From contig CAIUKU010000192.1 in NCBI GenBank assembly GCA_903899825.1, positions 1 to 47,010 on the forward strand: 47,010 bases of DNA. The letters run 5' to 3'. Shown here in pieces: positions 10,072 through 19,032 of the stretch. How positions within the stretch are numbered: the stretch's first letter is position 1; every line of letters starts with the position of its first letter. The position numbers and the translations under genes were made by a program. The notes under the pieces are model-generated. The model made no database searches and had not been told where the DNA came from. It saw only the letters and a program-made list of their open reading frames with translations. The stretch is from an uncultured Bacteroidales bacterium. Lineage in GTDB: Bacteria; Bacteroidota; Bacteroidia; Bacteroidales; JACABE01.

Positions 10072-11619
10072 TTATAATTTTATTTCATCATTGTTTTTGT
10101 TGAAAAAATGATATTCCAGAAAATGATATGCGGTCAGAGGTTTTACTTTGATCCATTGTTTATATTTAAACAACCATCTCATCTGGAATGAGTTGAAACC
10201 TCTGGTAAGATACGCATAAATATAAGGATTGGTAGAAATCGTTATATTGCTTTCATTTTGTTCATTGATTAAATACCTTACATTGTTTTCGATTTCATCA
10301 ATAAAAAGCATGCTTGGTTTAATTTTACCGGTACCATCGCAGGCAGGACATTTTTCGAGTACTTCCACATTCATTTCCGGGCGAACACGTTGACGGGTAA
10401 TTTGAACGAGTCCAAATTTACTGGGAGGTAAAATCGTGTGTTTGGTACTGTCCTTGGCCATTTCTTCTGTGAGTACCTGAAATAGTTTTCTGCGGTTGCT
10501 TGCTTCGTGTAAATCGATAAAATCGACAACAATAATGCCACCCATATCCCTCAATCTTAATTGACGGGCTATTTCGGTAGCAGCTTCCAAATTAACTTCT
10601 AATGCGTTGGATTCCTGATTTTTATCTGTATTCAACCGATGCCCGCTATTGACATCAATCACATGCATGGCTTCGGTATGTTCTACAATCAAATAAACTC
10701 CACTTTTAATACTGACAATTTTACCAAAGGAAGATTTTATTTGTTTATCAATGCCATAATGCTCAAAAATTGGGACTTTACTTTTATATAGCTTAATAAT
10801 ATCGGCTTTATCCGGAGCTATGGTAAGAATATAGTTTTTAATTTCTTCGGCTAACACAGCATCATTGATCATAACACTGTTGAAATCCTTGTTTAATAAA
10901 TCTCTCAATATAGCAGAGGTTCTGTCCAGCTCACTCAGCATCTTCATGGGAGGTTTTGCATCGTCGAACTTATCCATGATGCTGGTCCATTTACTGACAA
11001 GATTGCGCAAATCAGCATCCAGTTCAGCTACATTTTTATTTTCAGCAACGGTACGGATAATTACACCAAAATTCTTTGGTTTTATGCTTTGAATAAGCCT
11101 TTTGAGACGATTACGTTCTTCCTGGCTCTTTATTTTTTGAGAAATTGAAATTCTGTTTGAAAAAGGAACCAATACAAGGTATCTTCCCGGGAAGGATATT
11201 TCAGATGAAATCCTTGGTCCTTTTGTTGAAATAGGTTCTTTGGCAATCTGAACCAGTATGGCTTGGTTTGATTTTAAAACATTGGTAATTTTACCTGTTT
11301 TTTCGATATCCGGTTCAATGACAAAGGTATCCATATTCACCTTTTCATTAGCGGATTGAGAAATTTTAATAAATTTAATTAATGAATTAAGTTGGGGTCC
11401 TAAATCAAGGTAGTGTAAAAATGCATCTTTTTCGTACCCAACATCAACAAATGCAGCATTTAAACCGGGCATAATTTTTTTTACTCTGCCCAAATATATA
11501 TCACCAACAGTATGATTGTTGTTTTTCTTTTCTTTATTTAACTCAACTAGCTGTTTTTCCTCGAGTAACGCTATTTCAACTTCATTGGTTCTCGAATCTA
11601 TGATTAATTCCTTATTCAC
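10072..11619 (-). CDS. rng: Ribonuclease G/E family (Rne/Rng)
   Basis: 515 aa with an N-terminal S1 domain (GDIYLGRVKKIMPGLNAAFVDVG) and the RNase E/G catalytic core (VIDVNSG, IIVVDFID). The start appears to be GTG. Confidence 0.88.
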   Translation of the reverse strand: MNKELIIDSRTNEVEIALLEEKQLVELNKEKKNNNHTVGDIYLGRVKKIMPGLNAAFVDVGYEKDAFLHYLDLGPQLNSLIKFIKISQSANEKVNMDTFVIEPDIEKTGKITNVLKSNQAILVQIAKEPISTKGPRISSEISFPGRYLVLVPFSNRISISQKIKSQEERNRLKRLIQSIKPKNFGVIIRTVAENKNVAELDADLRNLVSKWTSIMDKFDDAKPPMKMLSELDRTSAILRDLLNKDFNSVMINDAVLAEEIKNYILTIAPDKADIIKLYKSKVPIFEHYGIDKQIKSSFGKIVSIKSGVYLIVEHTEAMHVIDVNSGHRLNTDKNQESNALEVNLEAATEIARQLRLRDMGGIIVVDFIDLHEASNRRKLFQVLTEEMAKDSTKHTILPPSKFGLVQITRQRVRPEMNVEVLEKCPACDGTGKIKPSMLFIDEIENNVRYLINEQNESNITISTNPYIYAYLTRGFNSFQMRWLFKYKQWIKVKPLTAYHFLEYHFFNKNNDEIKL

Positions 11620-11706
11620 TCTTATAGTATAATTTAGCTTTAGTAGTCAATATGTAAAAATATCAACTTTAGTAGTCACATTATCAGGATGTGACTGTAC
11701 AAAAAA

Positions 11707-11747
11707 TTAATTACATAATGGCAAACTGGTTGCCATTATGTAATTAA
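11707..11747 (-). terminator. Strong intrinsic terminator after the HU/small-ORF unit
   Basis: Perfect 18-bp stem TTAATTACATAATGGCAA / TTGCCATTATGTAATTAA with a 5-nt loop. On the minus strand it is followed by a T run. It lies 21 nt past the stop of the 29-codon ORF. Confidence 0.65.
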
Positions 11748-11768
11748 AAAAACAATATTAAAAAAAAG

Positions 11769-11858
11769 TTATTTCTTTTTATGCCTGTTTTTTCTCAAAT
11801 GTTTCTTCCGTTTGTGGATAGACATTTTATGTCTTTTCCTCTTTTTTCCGCTTGGCAT
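11769..11858 (-). CDS. 29-aa highly basic peptide, bS22-like (AURKAIP1/COX24-type small ribosomal protein candidate)
   Basis: Hand translation of the minus strand gives ATG...TAA = MPSGKKRKRHKMSIHKRKKHLRKNRHKKK. It sits 15 nt downstream of the HU stop and upstream of the strong terminator. It is too short for the ORF track. Confidence 0.55.
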   Translation of the reverse strand: MPSGKKRKRHKMSIHKRKKHLRKNRHKKK

Positions 11859-11873
11859 AGTTTTTCCTTCTTT

Positions 11874-12158
11874 TTATTTTACTTTATTCTTCACTTCTGT
11901 TACAAACGTTTTAGCTGGTTTGAATGAAGGAATTTTGTGAGCAGGAATAATAATTGTAGTATTTTTTGAAATATTTCTACCAGTTTTTTTAGCTCTTTGT
12001 TTAATAATAAAGCTACCAAAACCTCTTAAATAAACGTTTTCACCTTTACCCAGAGATACTTTAATTGAATCCATGAATGCTTCTACAGTTGCCTGAATAG
12101 AAACTTTTTCAATACCTGTTTTGTTAGCAATTTCTGCTACGATTTCTGCTTTTGTCAT
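11874..12158 (-). CDS. hup: HU family DNA-binding protein
   Basis: 94 aa. Typical HU/IHF fold sequence (MTKAEIVAEIANKTGI...VYLRGFGSFIIKQRAKKTGRN...IPAHKIPSFKPAK). Confidence 0.9.
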   Translation of the reverse strand: MTKAEIVAEIANKTGIEKVSIQATVEAFMDSIKVSLGKGENVYLRGFGSFIIKQRAKKTGRNISKNTTIIIPAHKIPSFKPAKTFVTEVKNKVK

Positions 12159-12203
12159 ATTACATTAATTTTTATTTGTTTAGTAATTTGTTTTTTAAGA
12201 CTG

Positions 12204-12211
12204 CAAAAATA
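12204..12211 (-). promoter_or_regulatory. Bacteroidota -7 box (TATTTTTG) upstream of HU
   Basis: Exact TAnnTTTG on the minus strand, ~46 nt upstream of the HU ATG. Confidence 0.35.
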
Positions 12212-12443
12212 ATAAATTTTTATTTAAGTAAGCCATTTTTTTTTCATTTTTTTTATCTAATTCGTTCAATATAAATTTGTTTTTAATATTTATTTTAAAA
12301 AAGCTATCACTTATATTGTGTTTTTATATACTTTTATAAGCTGAAAATACAGCATATTCAAGATTTCTTAGTGATTGGCTTTCTTGTTTTTATTTTGCTA
12401 CATCTTAACATTTTACCTTATTTTTTAACAAATGAAATGTCCA

Positions 12444-12464
12444 TCCCGAAGTTTCGGGACAAGC
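12444..12464. repeat. Small hairpin word TCCCGA-AGTT-TCGGGACAAGCT
   Basis: 5-bp GC-rich stem CCCGA/TCGGG plus a conserved 3' tail ACArGCT. Three related copies lie at 19155-20019. Confidence 0.6.
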
Positions 12465-12547
12465 TATGGGCTAAACTTGAATACAATTAATAAACTGTTA
12501 TATTATGAAATCAACTATATCAGTAGTTTAAAAAAAAATATAAACAC

Positions 12548-13612
12548 ATGAATTTCAGCATCAAGCTTTTATATTGGTACAATAAAAATAAACGCGATTT
12601 ACCCTGGCGAAATACAAAAGATCCCTATTTGATCTGGATTTCAGAAATTATTTTACAACAAACCCGTGTAAATCAAGGATATCAATACTATCTGCGATTT
12701 ATTGAGAAATTTCCGGACATAAAAACACTGGCCAATGCTAAAGAAGAAGATGTTTTACTCCTTTGGCAGGGTTTGGGATATTATTCAAGGGCCAGAAACA
12801 TTCACCATGCTGCACGCCAAATCATGCAAGATTTTAATGGCATTTTTCCCGTCGATTACCATAATATTATCAAATTAAAAGGAATTGGAAGTTATTCAGC
12901 AAGTGCTATTGCCTCTTTTGCTTTCAAACAGCCCTATCCTGTCATTGATGGGAATGTATTAAGAGTAATATCCAGAATTTTCGGCATCTTCACGCCTGTT
13001 GACAGCAACAACGGGAAAAAAGAAGTTGAAATTATTTTAAACAATTTGATTGATAAAGACAATCCTGACATTTTCAACCAGGCCATCATGGAACTGGGAG
13101 CATTGGTGTGCAATCCACAAAATCCCAAATGTGAAGATTGTCCGCTACAATCGCTTTGTGTTAGTTTTGAAAATAAAAACATGAATGCGTTTCCTGTTAA
13201 AACCAAAAAAGTCAACCAACGCAACCGCTTTTTTTATTACATGGTAGTCCATTATATAAATAAAGAGGAACATCTTATTTATCTGAAAAAAAGAACAAAA
13301 AATGATATCTGGAAAAATATGTATGACTTCCCGCTTTTCGAATCAGACCATGAATCAGACATCAATGATGATTTATTTCAAGAAATCAAAAAAATACTAA
13401 AGTCTGATAATTATATTGTTAAAGGAATCAGTAAAAAATACATACATCAATTGACACATCAGCGTATTTTTGCCAGTTTTATTTCCATAGAAACAACGAC
13501 AGATCTCCTTCATACAAAAGACTTTATCGCAATTCCATTTCATGAAATCAATAAATATCCAATTCCAAAACTGATTGATAACTACTTAATGGATAATTTA
13601 ATGCAATTTTAA
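12548..13612 (+). CDS. mutY: A/G-specific adenine DNA glycosylase
   Basis: 354 aa with an HhH-GPD domain. The Fe-S cluster loop is C-x6-C-x2-C-x5-C (CNPQNPKCEDCPLQSLC). A C-terminal NUDIX-like domain is present. Confidence 0.9.
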   Translation: MNFSIKLLYWYNKNKRDLPWRNTKDPYLIWISEIILQQTRVNQGYQYYLRFIEKFPDIKTLANAKEEDVLLLWQGLGYYSRARNIHHAARQIMQDFNGIFPVDYHNIIKLKGIGSYSASAIASFAFKQPYPVIDGNVLRVISRIFGIFTPVDSNNGKKEVEIILNNLIDKDNPDIFNQAIMELGALVCNPQNPKCEDCPLQSLCVSFENKNMNAFPVKTKKVNQRNRFFYYMVVHYINKEEHLIYLKKRTKNDIWKNMYDFPLFESDHESDINDDLFQEIKKILKSDNYIVKGISKKYIHQLTHQRIFASFISIETTTDLLHTKDFIAIPFHEINKYPIPKLIDNYLMDNLMQF

Positions 13613-13655
13613 AAAAATATTGTTAAATTTATTTTGAAATTGAAAAAATATTTTG

Positions 13656-13663
13656 TAAATTTG
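13656..13663 (+). promoter_or_regulatory. Bacteroidota -7 box (TAAATTTG) upstream of ssb
   Basis: Exact TAnnTTTG 31 nt upstream of the ssb ATG. Confidence 0.4.
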
Positions 13664-13693
13664 TATAATTATTAATCCATAAAAACCATAAAT

Positions 13694-14107
13694 ATGGCTG
13701 GAGTAAACAAAGTGATTTTAGTAGGGAATTTAGGTAAAGATCCTGAAATCACAAACATTGGAAACGATGTAAAGAAGGCAGCATTTTCGCTTGCAACATC
13801 TGAATCATACAAAAACAAAGATGGCAATAAGGTTGAACAAACCGAATGGCACAACATCATAGTCTGGAGAGGCTTAGCAGATGTAGCTGAAAAATATCTT
13901 CACAAAGGAAGTAAAATCTATCTGGAAGGTAAAATTAAATATCGTTCTTATGACGATAAAGATGGCAACAAACGTTATATTACTGAAATTACAGGAGATA
14001 CGTTTACAATGTTGGATACCAAAGGCGGTCAGGACAATGGGAATAACACACCTCCTCCTTCAGTAGATATTCCTAATAACGGACCTGAAGACGATTTGCC
14101 ATTTTAA
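13694..14107 (+). CDS. ssb: Single-stranded DNA-binding protein
   Basis: 137 aa with an OB-fold N-terminus (NKVILVGNLGKDPE), a Gly/Asn/Pro-rich linker and the acidic tip DDLPF. Confidence 0.95.
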   Translation: MAGVNKVILVGNLGKDPEITNIGNDVKKAAFSLATSESYKNKDGNKVEQTEWHNIIVWRGLADVAEKYLHKGSKIYLEGKIKYRSYDDKDGNKRYITEITGDTFTMLDTKGGQDNGNNTPPPSVDIPNNGPEDDLPF

Positions 14108-14400
14108 TAAATTCTGATTAGATTTCTTCATAAATTTGATCCTTATTTTTTAACTCATGCTGTTGAGGTTGCTGTAATTTGTCTACCGGAAGATAACGAA
14201 CAGTTTAATTTCAAAGATGATTCCGGATTTATTCAGTTAACTTTTACATTTATTTTTTTATTTTCTAAAAAACTGAAAATAAGAATTGTTTTACGAAACA
14301 AAATGCACTTACTTTCGTTGGACATGTTTTACGGTTATTTTATACTATTTACGAAGAAGCATATTGTTTTTAATATACATTTGAAATATTTATTGTTGAA

Positions 14401-15741
14401 TTGGAAATATTACATACAGCATCTATAGGAATGATAGCATTGATACTCATCAGTGCTATCATTAAGTCTTTTACATTAGGCATCTTTGTTGCCATACTTT
14501 TTGTATTTTTACTTTTGATTGCATCTGCATTGATATCGGGATCCGAAAATGCATTTTTTTCACTTACACCTTCCGAAATTGATGTATACAGGGACTCGAC
14601 GGCTCCAAAACATCAACTGATCATCCGCCTTCTGGAAAAACCTAAATCATTACTCGCTACAATACTGATTACCAATAATTTTGTAAACACATCCATCGTT
14701 ATTATTTCCACCTATATTGTAGCCAATTTATTTGATTTTACAAGCTTTCCGGTATTGGGAATGCTGATACAGGTAGTTGTAATTACTTCAATGATTCTTT
14801 TTATCGGTGAAATTTTACCCAAGGTATATGCTACCCAGAATGCAAAAAAAATAGTTTTGTTAATGGCTTCAAACTTGCATTTTTTAAGCCGGGCTTTTTA
14901 TCCATTGGTTTATATTATGGTAAAATCAAGTAGTTTGATCGACAAAAGAATCACTAAAAAAGGACATAATATTTCAATTTCTGAACTGTCGAACGTGATT
15001 GACATCACATCCGGCACTTCAACACCTAAACAGGAAACACAAATATTAAAAGGGATTGTGAATTTCGGGGATATTGATGTGAAAGAGATTATGAAATCCC
15101 GTATTGATGTGGTAGCGATGGACAGTGAAACAGATTTTGTAAATTTACTCAAAATAGTGCTGGATACAGGCTATTCCAGAATGCCCGTTTATACAGAGAA
15201 CTTCGATAAAATAGATGGAATATTATACATCAAGGATTTGCTGCCCCATTTAAACGAAACGAAAGATTTCAAATGGATGCAACTCATACATCCGGCCTTC
15301 TTTGTGCCAGAAAATAAAAAAATCAACGATTTACTCAAAGAGTTTCAGGAAAAGAAGATTCATCTTGCCATCGTGGTGGACGAATATGGTGGAACATCAG
15401 GAATAGTTACCCTTGAAGATATTCTGGAAGAAATTGTTGGCGAAATCAACGATGAATTTGATGTAGCTACTGAAGATATTGAATATACCAAAATTGATGA
15501 GTACAATTATATTTTTGAAGGCAAAACAACTTTAAATGATTTTTACAAGGTTTTTGGGCTGGAAGAAAAAGTTTTCGACGATATCAAAGGAGAATCGGAT
15601 ACCATTGCCGGTTTGATTCTTGAAAATCAGGGGAAGATACCAGAAAAAAATACCAGCATTCAACTTGGCAATTTCATTTTTCGGATCGAAGCGGTCGACA
15701 GCAGGAGAATTAAACGCATTAAAGTAACAATAATACCCTAA
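14401..15741 (+). CDS. gldE: Gliding motility-associated protein GldE (DUF21-CBS-CorC_HlyC family)
   Basis: 446 aa with an N-terminal multi-helix DUF21 domain, a CBS pair and a C-terminal CorC/HlyC domain. The ssb-gldE-gldD neighbourhood is typical of Bacteroidota. The track start is TTG at 14401; an ATG at 14431 is an alternative. Confidence 0.8.
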   Translation: MEILHTASIGMIALILISAIIKSFTLGIFVAILFVFLLLIASALISGSENAFFSLTPSEIDVYRDSTAPKHQLIIRLLEKPKSLLATILITNNFVNTSIVIISTYIVANLFDFTSFPVLGMLIQVVVITSMILFIGEILPKVYATQNAKKIVLLMASNLHFLSRAFYPLVYIMVKSSSLIDKRITKKGHNISISELSNVIDITSGTSTPKQETQILKGIVNFGDIDVKEIMKSRIDVVAMDSETDFVNLLKIVLDTGYSRMPVYTENFDKIDGILYIKDLLPHLNETKDFKWMQLIHPAFFVPENKKINDLLKEFQEKKIHLAIVVDEYGGTSGIVTLEDILEEIVGEINDEFDVATEDIEYTKIDEYNYIFEGKTTLNDFYKVFGLEEKVFDDIKGESDTIAGLILENQGKIPEKNTSIQLGNFIFRIEAVDSRRIKRIKVTIIP

Positions 15742-15747
15742 AATATT

Positions 15748-16329
15748 ATGCAAAAATTTGGTTTATACACTATTTTAATAATCAGTACTTTCTTAGTTTT
15801 TTCATGTGGAGGGGAAGATTATGCTCCCAAACCCAGGGCTTTTTTCCGTATTGATTTGCCTGCAAAATCATACCAGGCATTTGATACCCTCTACCCCTAT
15901 TCGTTTGAATATCCAAAATACGCAGTAATACAACGCAGCAAGGGACTGGGAGAAGATAGATACTGGATCAACGTGAATTTTCCGGCATACAATGCCACCA
16001 TCCACATTACCTACAAGCCTGTTAAAAACAATTTAGACAGTCTGGTAGGGAGTGCCCGTAAATTTGTAGATAAACATATTTCAAAAGCCACTTCCATCAA
16101 GGAAAAAGCCTATGAAAATCCAGGAAACAATGTATATGGGGTAGTTTACAACATCAAAGGAAATTCGGTAGCTTCGCCCTATCAGTTCTTCGTCACCGAC
16201 CGCGAAAAACATTATGTAAGAGGAGCCCTGTATTTTAATATGCCGCCCAGCAATGATTCTCTTGCACCCGTAATTGAATTTATTGAAAAGGATATTGATT
16301 ATATGATCAGCACTTTGAAATGGAAATAA
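15748..16329 (+). CDS. gldD: Gliding motility lipoprotein GldD
   Basis: 193 aa with a lipoprotein signal (LVFSCGG). The following PKPRAFFRIDLP...YPYSFEYPKYA segment is characteristic of GldD. It lies immediately downstream of gldE. Confidence 0.78.
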   Translation: MQKFGLYTILIISTFLVFSCGGEDYAPKPRAFFRIDLPAKSYQAFDTLYPYSFEYPKYAVIQRSKGLGEDRYWINVNFPAYNATIHITYKPVKNNLDSLVGSARKFVDKHISKATSIKEKAYENPGNNVYGVVYNIKGNSVASPYQFFVTDREKHYVRGALYFNMPPSNDSLAPVIEFIEKDIDYMISTLKWK

Positions 16330-16336
16330 TTGAGTT

Positions 16337-16372
16337 TATAAAGTTCATAAAGTTTGTAAAGTTTATAAAGTA
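16337..16372. repeat. 9-bp tandem repeat x4 (NATAAAGTT)
   Basis: Units are TATAAAGTT CATAAAGTT TGTAAAGTT TATAAAGTA. The array starts 8 nt after the gldD stop. Confidence 0.85.
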
Positions 16373-16393
16373 GTTTGAGTACTTAGCAACAGT

Positions 16394-16415
16394 GGTTATT
16401 GGTTATTGAGTTATT
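16394..16415. repeat. 7-bp tandem repeat (GGTTATT x2, then GAGTTATT)
   Basis: Sequence is GGTTATTGGTTATTGAGTTATT. It is bracketed by near-complementary CTTAGCAA ... TTGCTGAG. Confidence 0.75.
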
Positions 16416-16667
16416 GCTGAGCATAAATCTTCCTTTTATTCCGAAATCTAAAATCTTTAATCGTTAATCTCAAATATTTTTCAATTTTGAGCAACCCAGC
16501 ATGCCGGCTAGCAGGGATATTTTAGTGTTAAGTTATTAAGTGTTAAGTTTATTTTTACTTAAACCTTTATTTAACTTAAAACATTCCACTTTTTCTTAAA
16601 CCTTAAAACTTTCTGCTTTTTTACTGATTCCATACTTTGGTCTCCTTTCTTCGTGCTTCCATCTTCG

Positions 16668-16842
16668 TTCTTCCAACTTCTCTTTTTTCTTAAAACTTAA
16701 AACTTTATCTAACTTAAAACTTTCCACTTTTTACTTTAACCTTTTTACTTTCTACTTTAACCTTTTTACTTTCTACTTTAACCTTTCTCCTTAATCCCAT
16801 CTTCCACCCTTTCTTTTAACATCTCCCCATCCAATTTCATTT
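16668..16842 (+). repeat. 175-nt G-free pyrimidine-rich tract with 7-nt phasing (TTTnnnC) and a 21-bp tandem triplet at 16734-16796
   Basis: I counted no G on the + strand from 16668 to 16842. CTTTAACC recurs at 16734, 16755 and 16776 (21-bp period). The heptamers read TTTTTAC TTTAACC TTTTTAC TTTCTAC and so on. The tract overlaps the last ~21 codons of the glycosyltransferase CDS. Confidence 0.85.
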
Positions 16843-17866
16843 GTATACCTGTATAAGACTTCGATTGAATAAGCGCATCTTCCAGCTTAAATTGTTTTTG
16901 GGAAACCGAATAAAAATATTTTTTCTTCTGATAATAATCGGCTAAATATTCCTGCTCAGTTTGTCCGGGTGTCGGTACCAGTATGGCCCTTTTACCAAAT
17001 ACAACTAAATCCATGATGGTGGAATAGCCAGAACGGCAAAGGACAATTTCAGCTTGCTGTATAAGTGATTGTAATTGATGCGTTTCCAGATGAGAATAAA
17101 TGCTCAGTTGATCGTTGATAATATTCACTTCCTCTTTTTCAGGGATGCCTTCAACAATCACTGTTTTAATCGTTGTCTTTGCCAGTTGTTGCAGTATGAT
17201 TTCTTCAAAAATCGTCCGCTGCGGTTCCGGACCGGAAAGCAGAACCAAAAGATCAATTTTTTTATTTTCTGCTATTGAATTAGTATTTTCAAAACGGGAC
17301 AGCGGACCTATAAAATATGTAGCAATAGGTAGTTTGTATTTATGCGATAAATCGCCAGAAAGATTGATCTCTCCATCAAAATCCGGTATCCAGCATTCAT
17401 CATAATTTTTAATAAATGCCCTGTTGATAAGATAAAGAAAATGATCAAAAAGTTTGAATATTACAGGACTCTTAATCATGACCTGATGCGTCATAAATAT
17501 GCATTTTACTTTTTTATTCCACAGTCCAAACCGGTTGTCGGAAAAAACAAGGTCAATCTTGTATTCATCAATTAATTTATCTATTAATTTGTGTTCGTTA
17601 AATATGCTCTTTAATAGCTGAGGCATGATTCCAAGGAATTTCAGCATTAAACTTCCTTTACGCTGATAGCTGATCTGATAGGCAGGAAATTTAACAAACT
17701 GCAATGCAGGAAATTCCTTTTGCAAAAAAGCGAGCGGACGATGATCGGCTGCAATGATTACATTTGCCCCTGCTGCAATAAAAGCACGGATCACCGGCAC
17801 ACAACGGCAGGCATGCCCCAGTCCCCAATCCAGCGGACAAATCAATACATTTTTAGGTTCAGCCAA
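16778..17866 (-). CDS. GT-B fold glycosyltransferase (GT28/MurG-like or GT1 MGT-like family)
   Basis: 362 aa. The N-terminus is NVLICPLDWGLGHACRCVPVIRAF. The C-terminal donor-binding region is RSGYSTIMDLVVFGKRAILVPTPGQTEQ. The 3' end runs into the repeat tract. Confidence 0.78.
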   Translation of the reverse strand: MAEPKNVLICPLDWGLGHACRCVPVIRAFIAAGANVIIAADHRPLAFLQKEFPALQFVKFPAYQISYQRKGSLMLKFLGIMPQLLKSIFNEHKLIDKLIDEYKIDLVFSDNRFGLWNKKVKCIFMTHQVMIKSPVIFKLFDHFLYLINRAFIKNYDECWIPDFDGEINLSGDLSHKYKLPIATYFIGPLSRFENTNSIAENKKIDLLVLLSGPEPQRTIFEEIILQQLAKTTIKTVIVEGIPEKEEVNIINDQLSIYSHLETHQLQSLIQQAEIVLCRSGYSTIMDLVVFGKRAILVPTPGQTEQEYLADYYQKKKYFYSVSQKQFKLEDALIQSKSYTGIQMKLDGEMLKERVEDGIKEKG

Positions 17867-17932
17867 AGTATTTTTAAATTTTTTATAAAATTAGAAATAT
17901 TTGCGGTATTTTTGATATCTAAATCTGAAAAG

Positions 17933-19024
17933 ATGTTAAGGTACCGAATAGCCCTTACCTTAATTCCCGGAGTGGGCGATATTATCGGGAAAAAACTGGT
18001 CTCCTATTGTGGTGGAGTAGAAGCCGTTTTCAAAGAAAAAAAGACCAATCTGCTCAAAATCCCCAGCGTGGGAGAAGCAGTTGTGAATTCAATTGTGAAT
18101 CATGATTTGTTTGAAAGGGTAGACAAAGAAATCGCCTTTATTGAAAAATACAACATCAAACCCATGTTTTACCTCGATGCAGCCTATCCAACGCGCTTAA
18201 AACAATGTATGGATAGCCCTATGATGTTGTATTACATGGGTAATACCGATCTCAATACCACTAAAGTAGTAAGCGTCGTCGGAACCCGTAGCATTACAGA
18301 ATATGGAAAAGACAGCTGTAAACAATTGGTAAAAGACCTGGCTGCACAGGAAATTTTAATCGTTAGCGGTCTGGCTTATGGCGTAGATACCTGCGCACAT
18401 AAAACAGCCATTGATAACAACCTGCCTACTGTGGGTGTATTGGCTCATGGACTGGACAGGGTCTACCCTTTGTTGAACAAACCACTGGCCGAAAAGATGA
18501 TACGAAATGGTGGACTGTTAACCGAATTTATGAGTGATACAAATCCGGACCGTGAAAATTTCCCCAAACGCAACCGCATCATTGCCGGTATGGCAGATGC
18601 CGTTATTGTGGTGGAAGCAGCCAAAAGAGGAGGAGCCCTGATTACTGCAGAAATTGCCAATTCCTACAACCGTGATGTTTTTGCAGTTCCCGGTAAATTA
18701 ACGGATAGTTTTTCGGAAGGTTGCAACCACCTTATAAAAACCAATAAAGCTGCACTGATACAATCGGCAGACGATTTGTTGTACATCATGGGCTGGGAAA
18801 TTAATAAAAAGCAAAAAAAAACGGCACAACGCCAGCTTTTTATCGAACTCAAACCCGAAGAACAGATTATTTACGATTTAATGAGCCAAAAACCATCCAG
18901 CTCCATTGACGAATTGTGTATCAATTCCAAACTCAATGTTTCCAAAATAGCGGAAGCCCTGCTAAACCTCGAACTAGAAGGAATTATAAAGGCCATGCCG
19001 GGGAAGGTGTATAAGTTGGTGTAA
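17933..19024 (+). CDS. dprA: DNA-processing protein A (DprA/Smf)
   Basis: The start is chosen at MLRYRIALTLIPGVGD, which is the typical DprA SAM-like N-terminus. The Rossmann core carries GLAYGVDTCAH. A C-terminal winged-helix-like segment is present. The 71 upstream codons of the track ORF are antisense to the glycosyltransferase gene. Confidence 0.88.
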   Translation: MLRYRIALTLIPGVGDIIGKKLVSYCGGVEAVFKEKKTNLLKIPSVGEAVVNSIVNHDLFERVDKEIAFIEKYNIKPMFYLDAAYPTRLKQCMDSPMMLYYMGNTDLNTTKVVSVVGTRSITEYGKDSCKQLVKDLAAQEILIVSGLAYGVDTCAHKTAIDNNLPTVGVLAHGLDRVYPLLNKPLAEKMIRNGGLLTEFMSDTNPDRENFPKRNRIIAGMADAVIVVEAAKRGGALITAEIANSYNRDVFAVPGKLTDSFSEGCNHLIKTNKAALIQSADDLLYIMGWEINKKQKKTAQRQLFIELKPEEQIIYDLMSQKPSSSIDELCINSKLNVSKIAEALLNLELEGIIKAMPGKVYKLV

Positions 19025-19032
19025 TGGAAATA

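Noticed and set aside
11637-11706. Direct repeat CTTTAGTAGTCA x2 plus a 7-bp hairpin (GTCACAT/ATGTGAC) upstream of RNase G, considered as a regulatory site.
   Set aside because: It is real in the sequence but short, with no recognisable promoter box or known operator pattern. The evidence is insufficient to call a feature.
17720-17932. 71-codon N-terminal extension of the dprA ORF in the track.
   Set aside because: It is antisense to the 5' end of the glycosyltransferase CDS, Cys/His-rich and unlike DprA N-termini. The canonical DprA N-terminus (MLRYRIALTLIPGVGD) begins at 17933.
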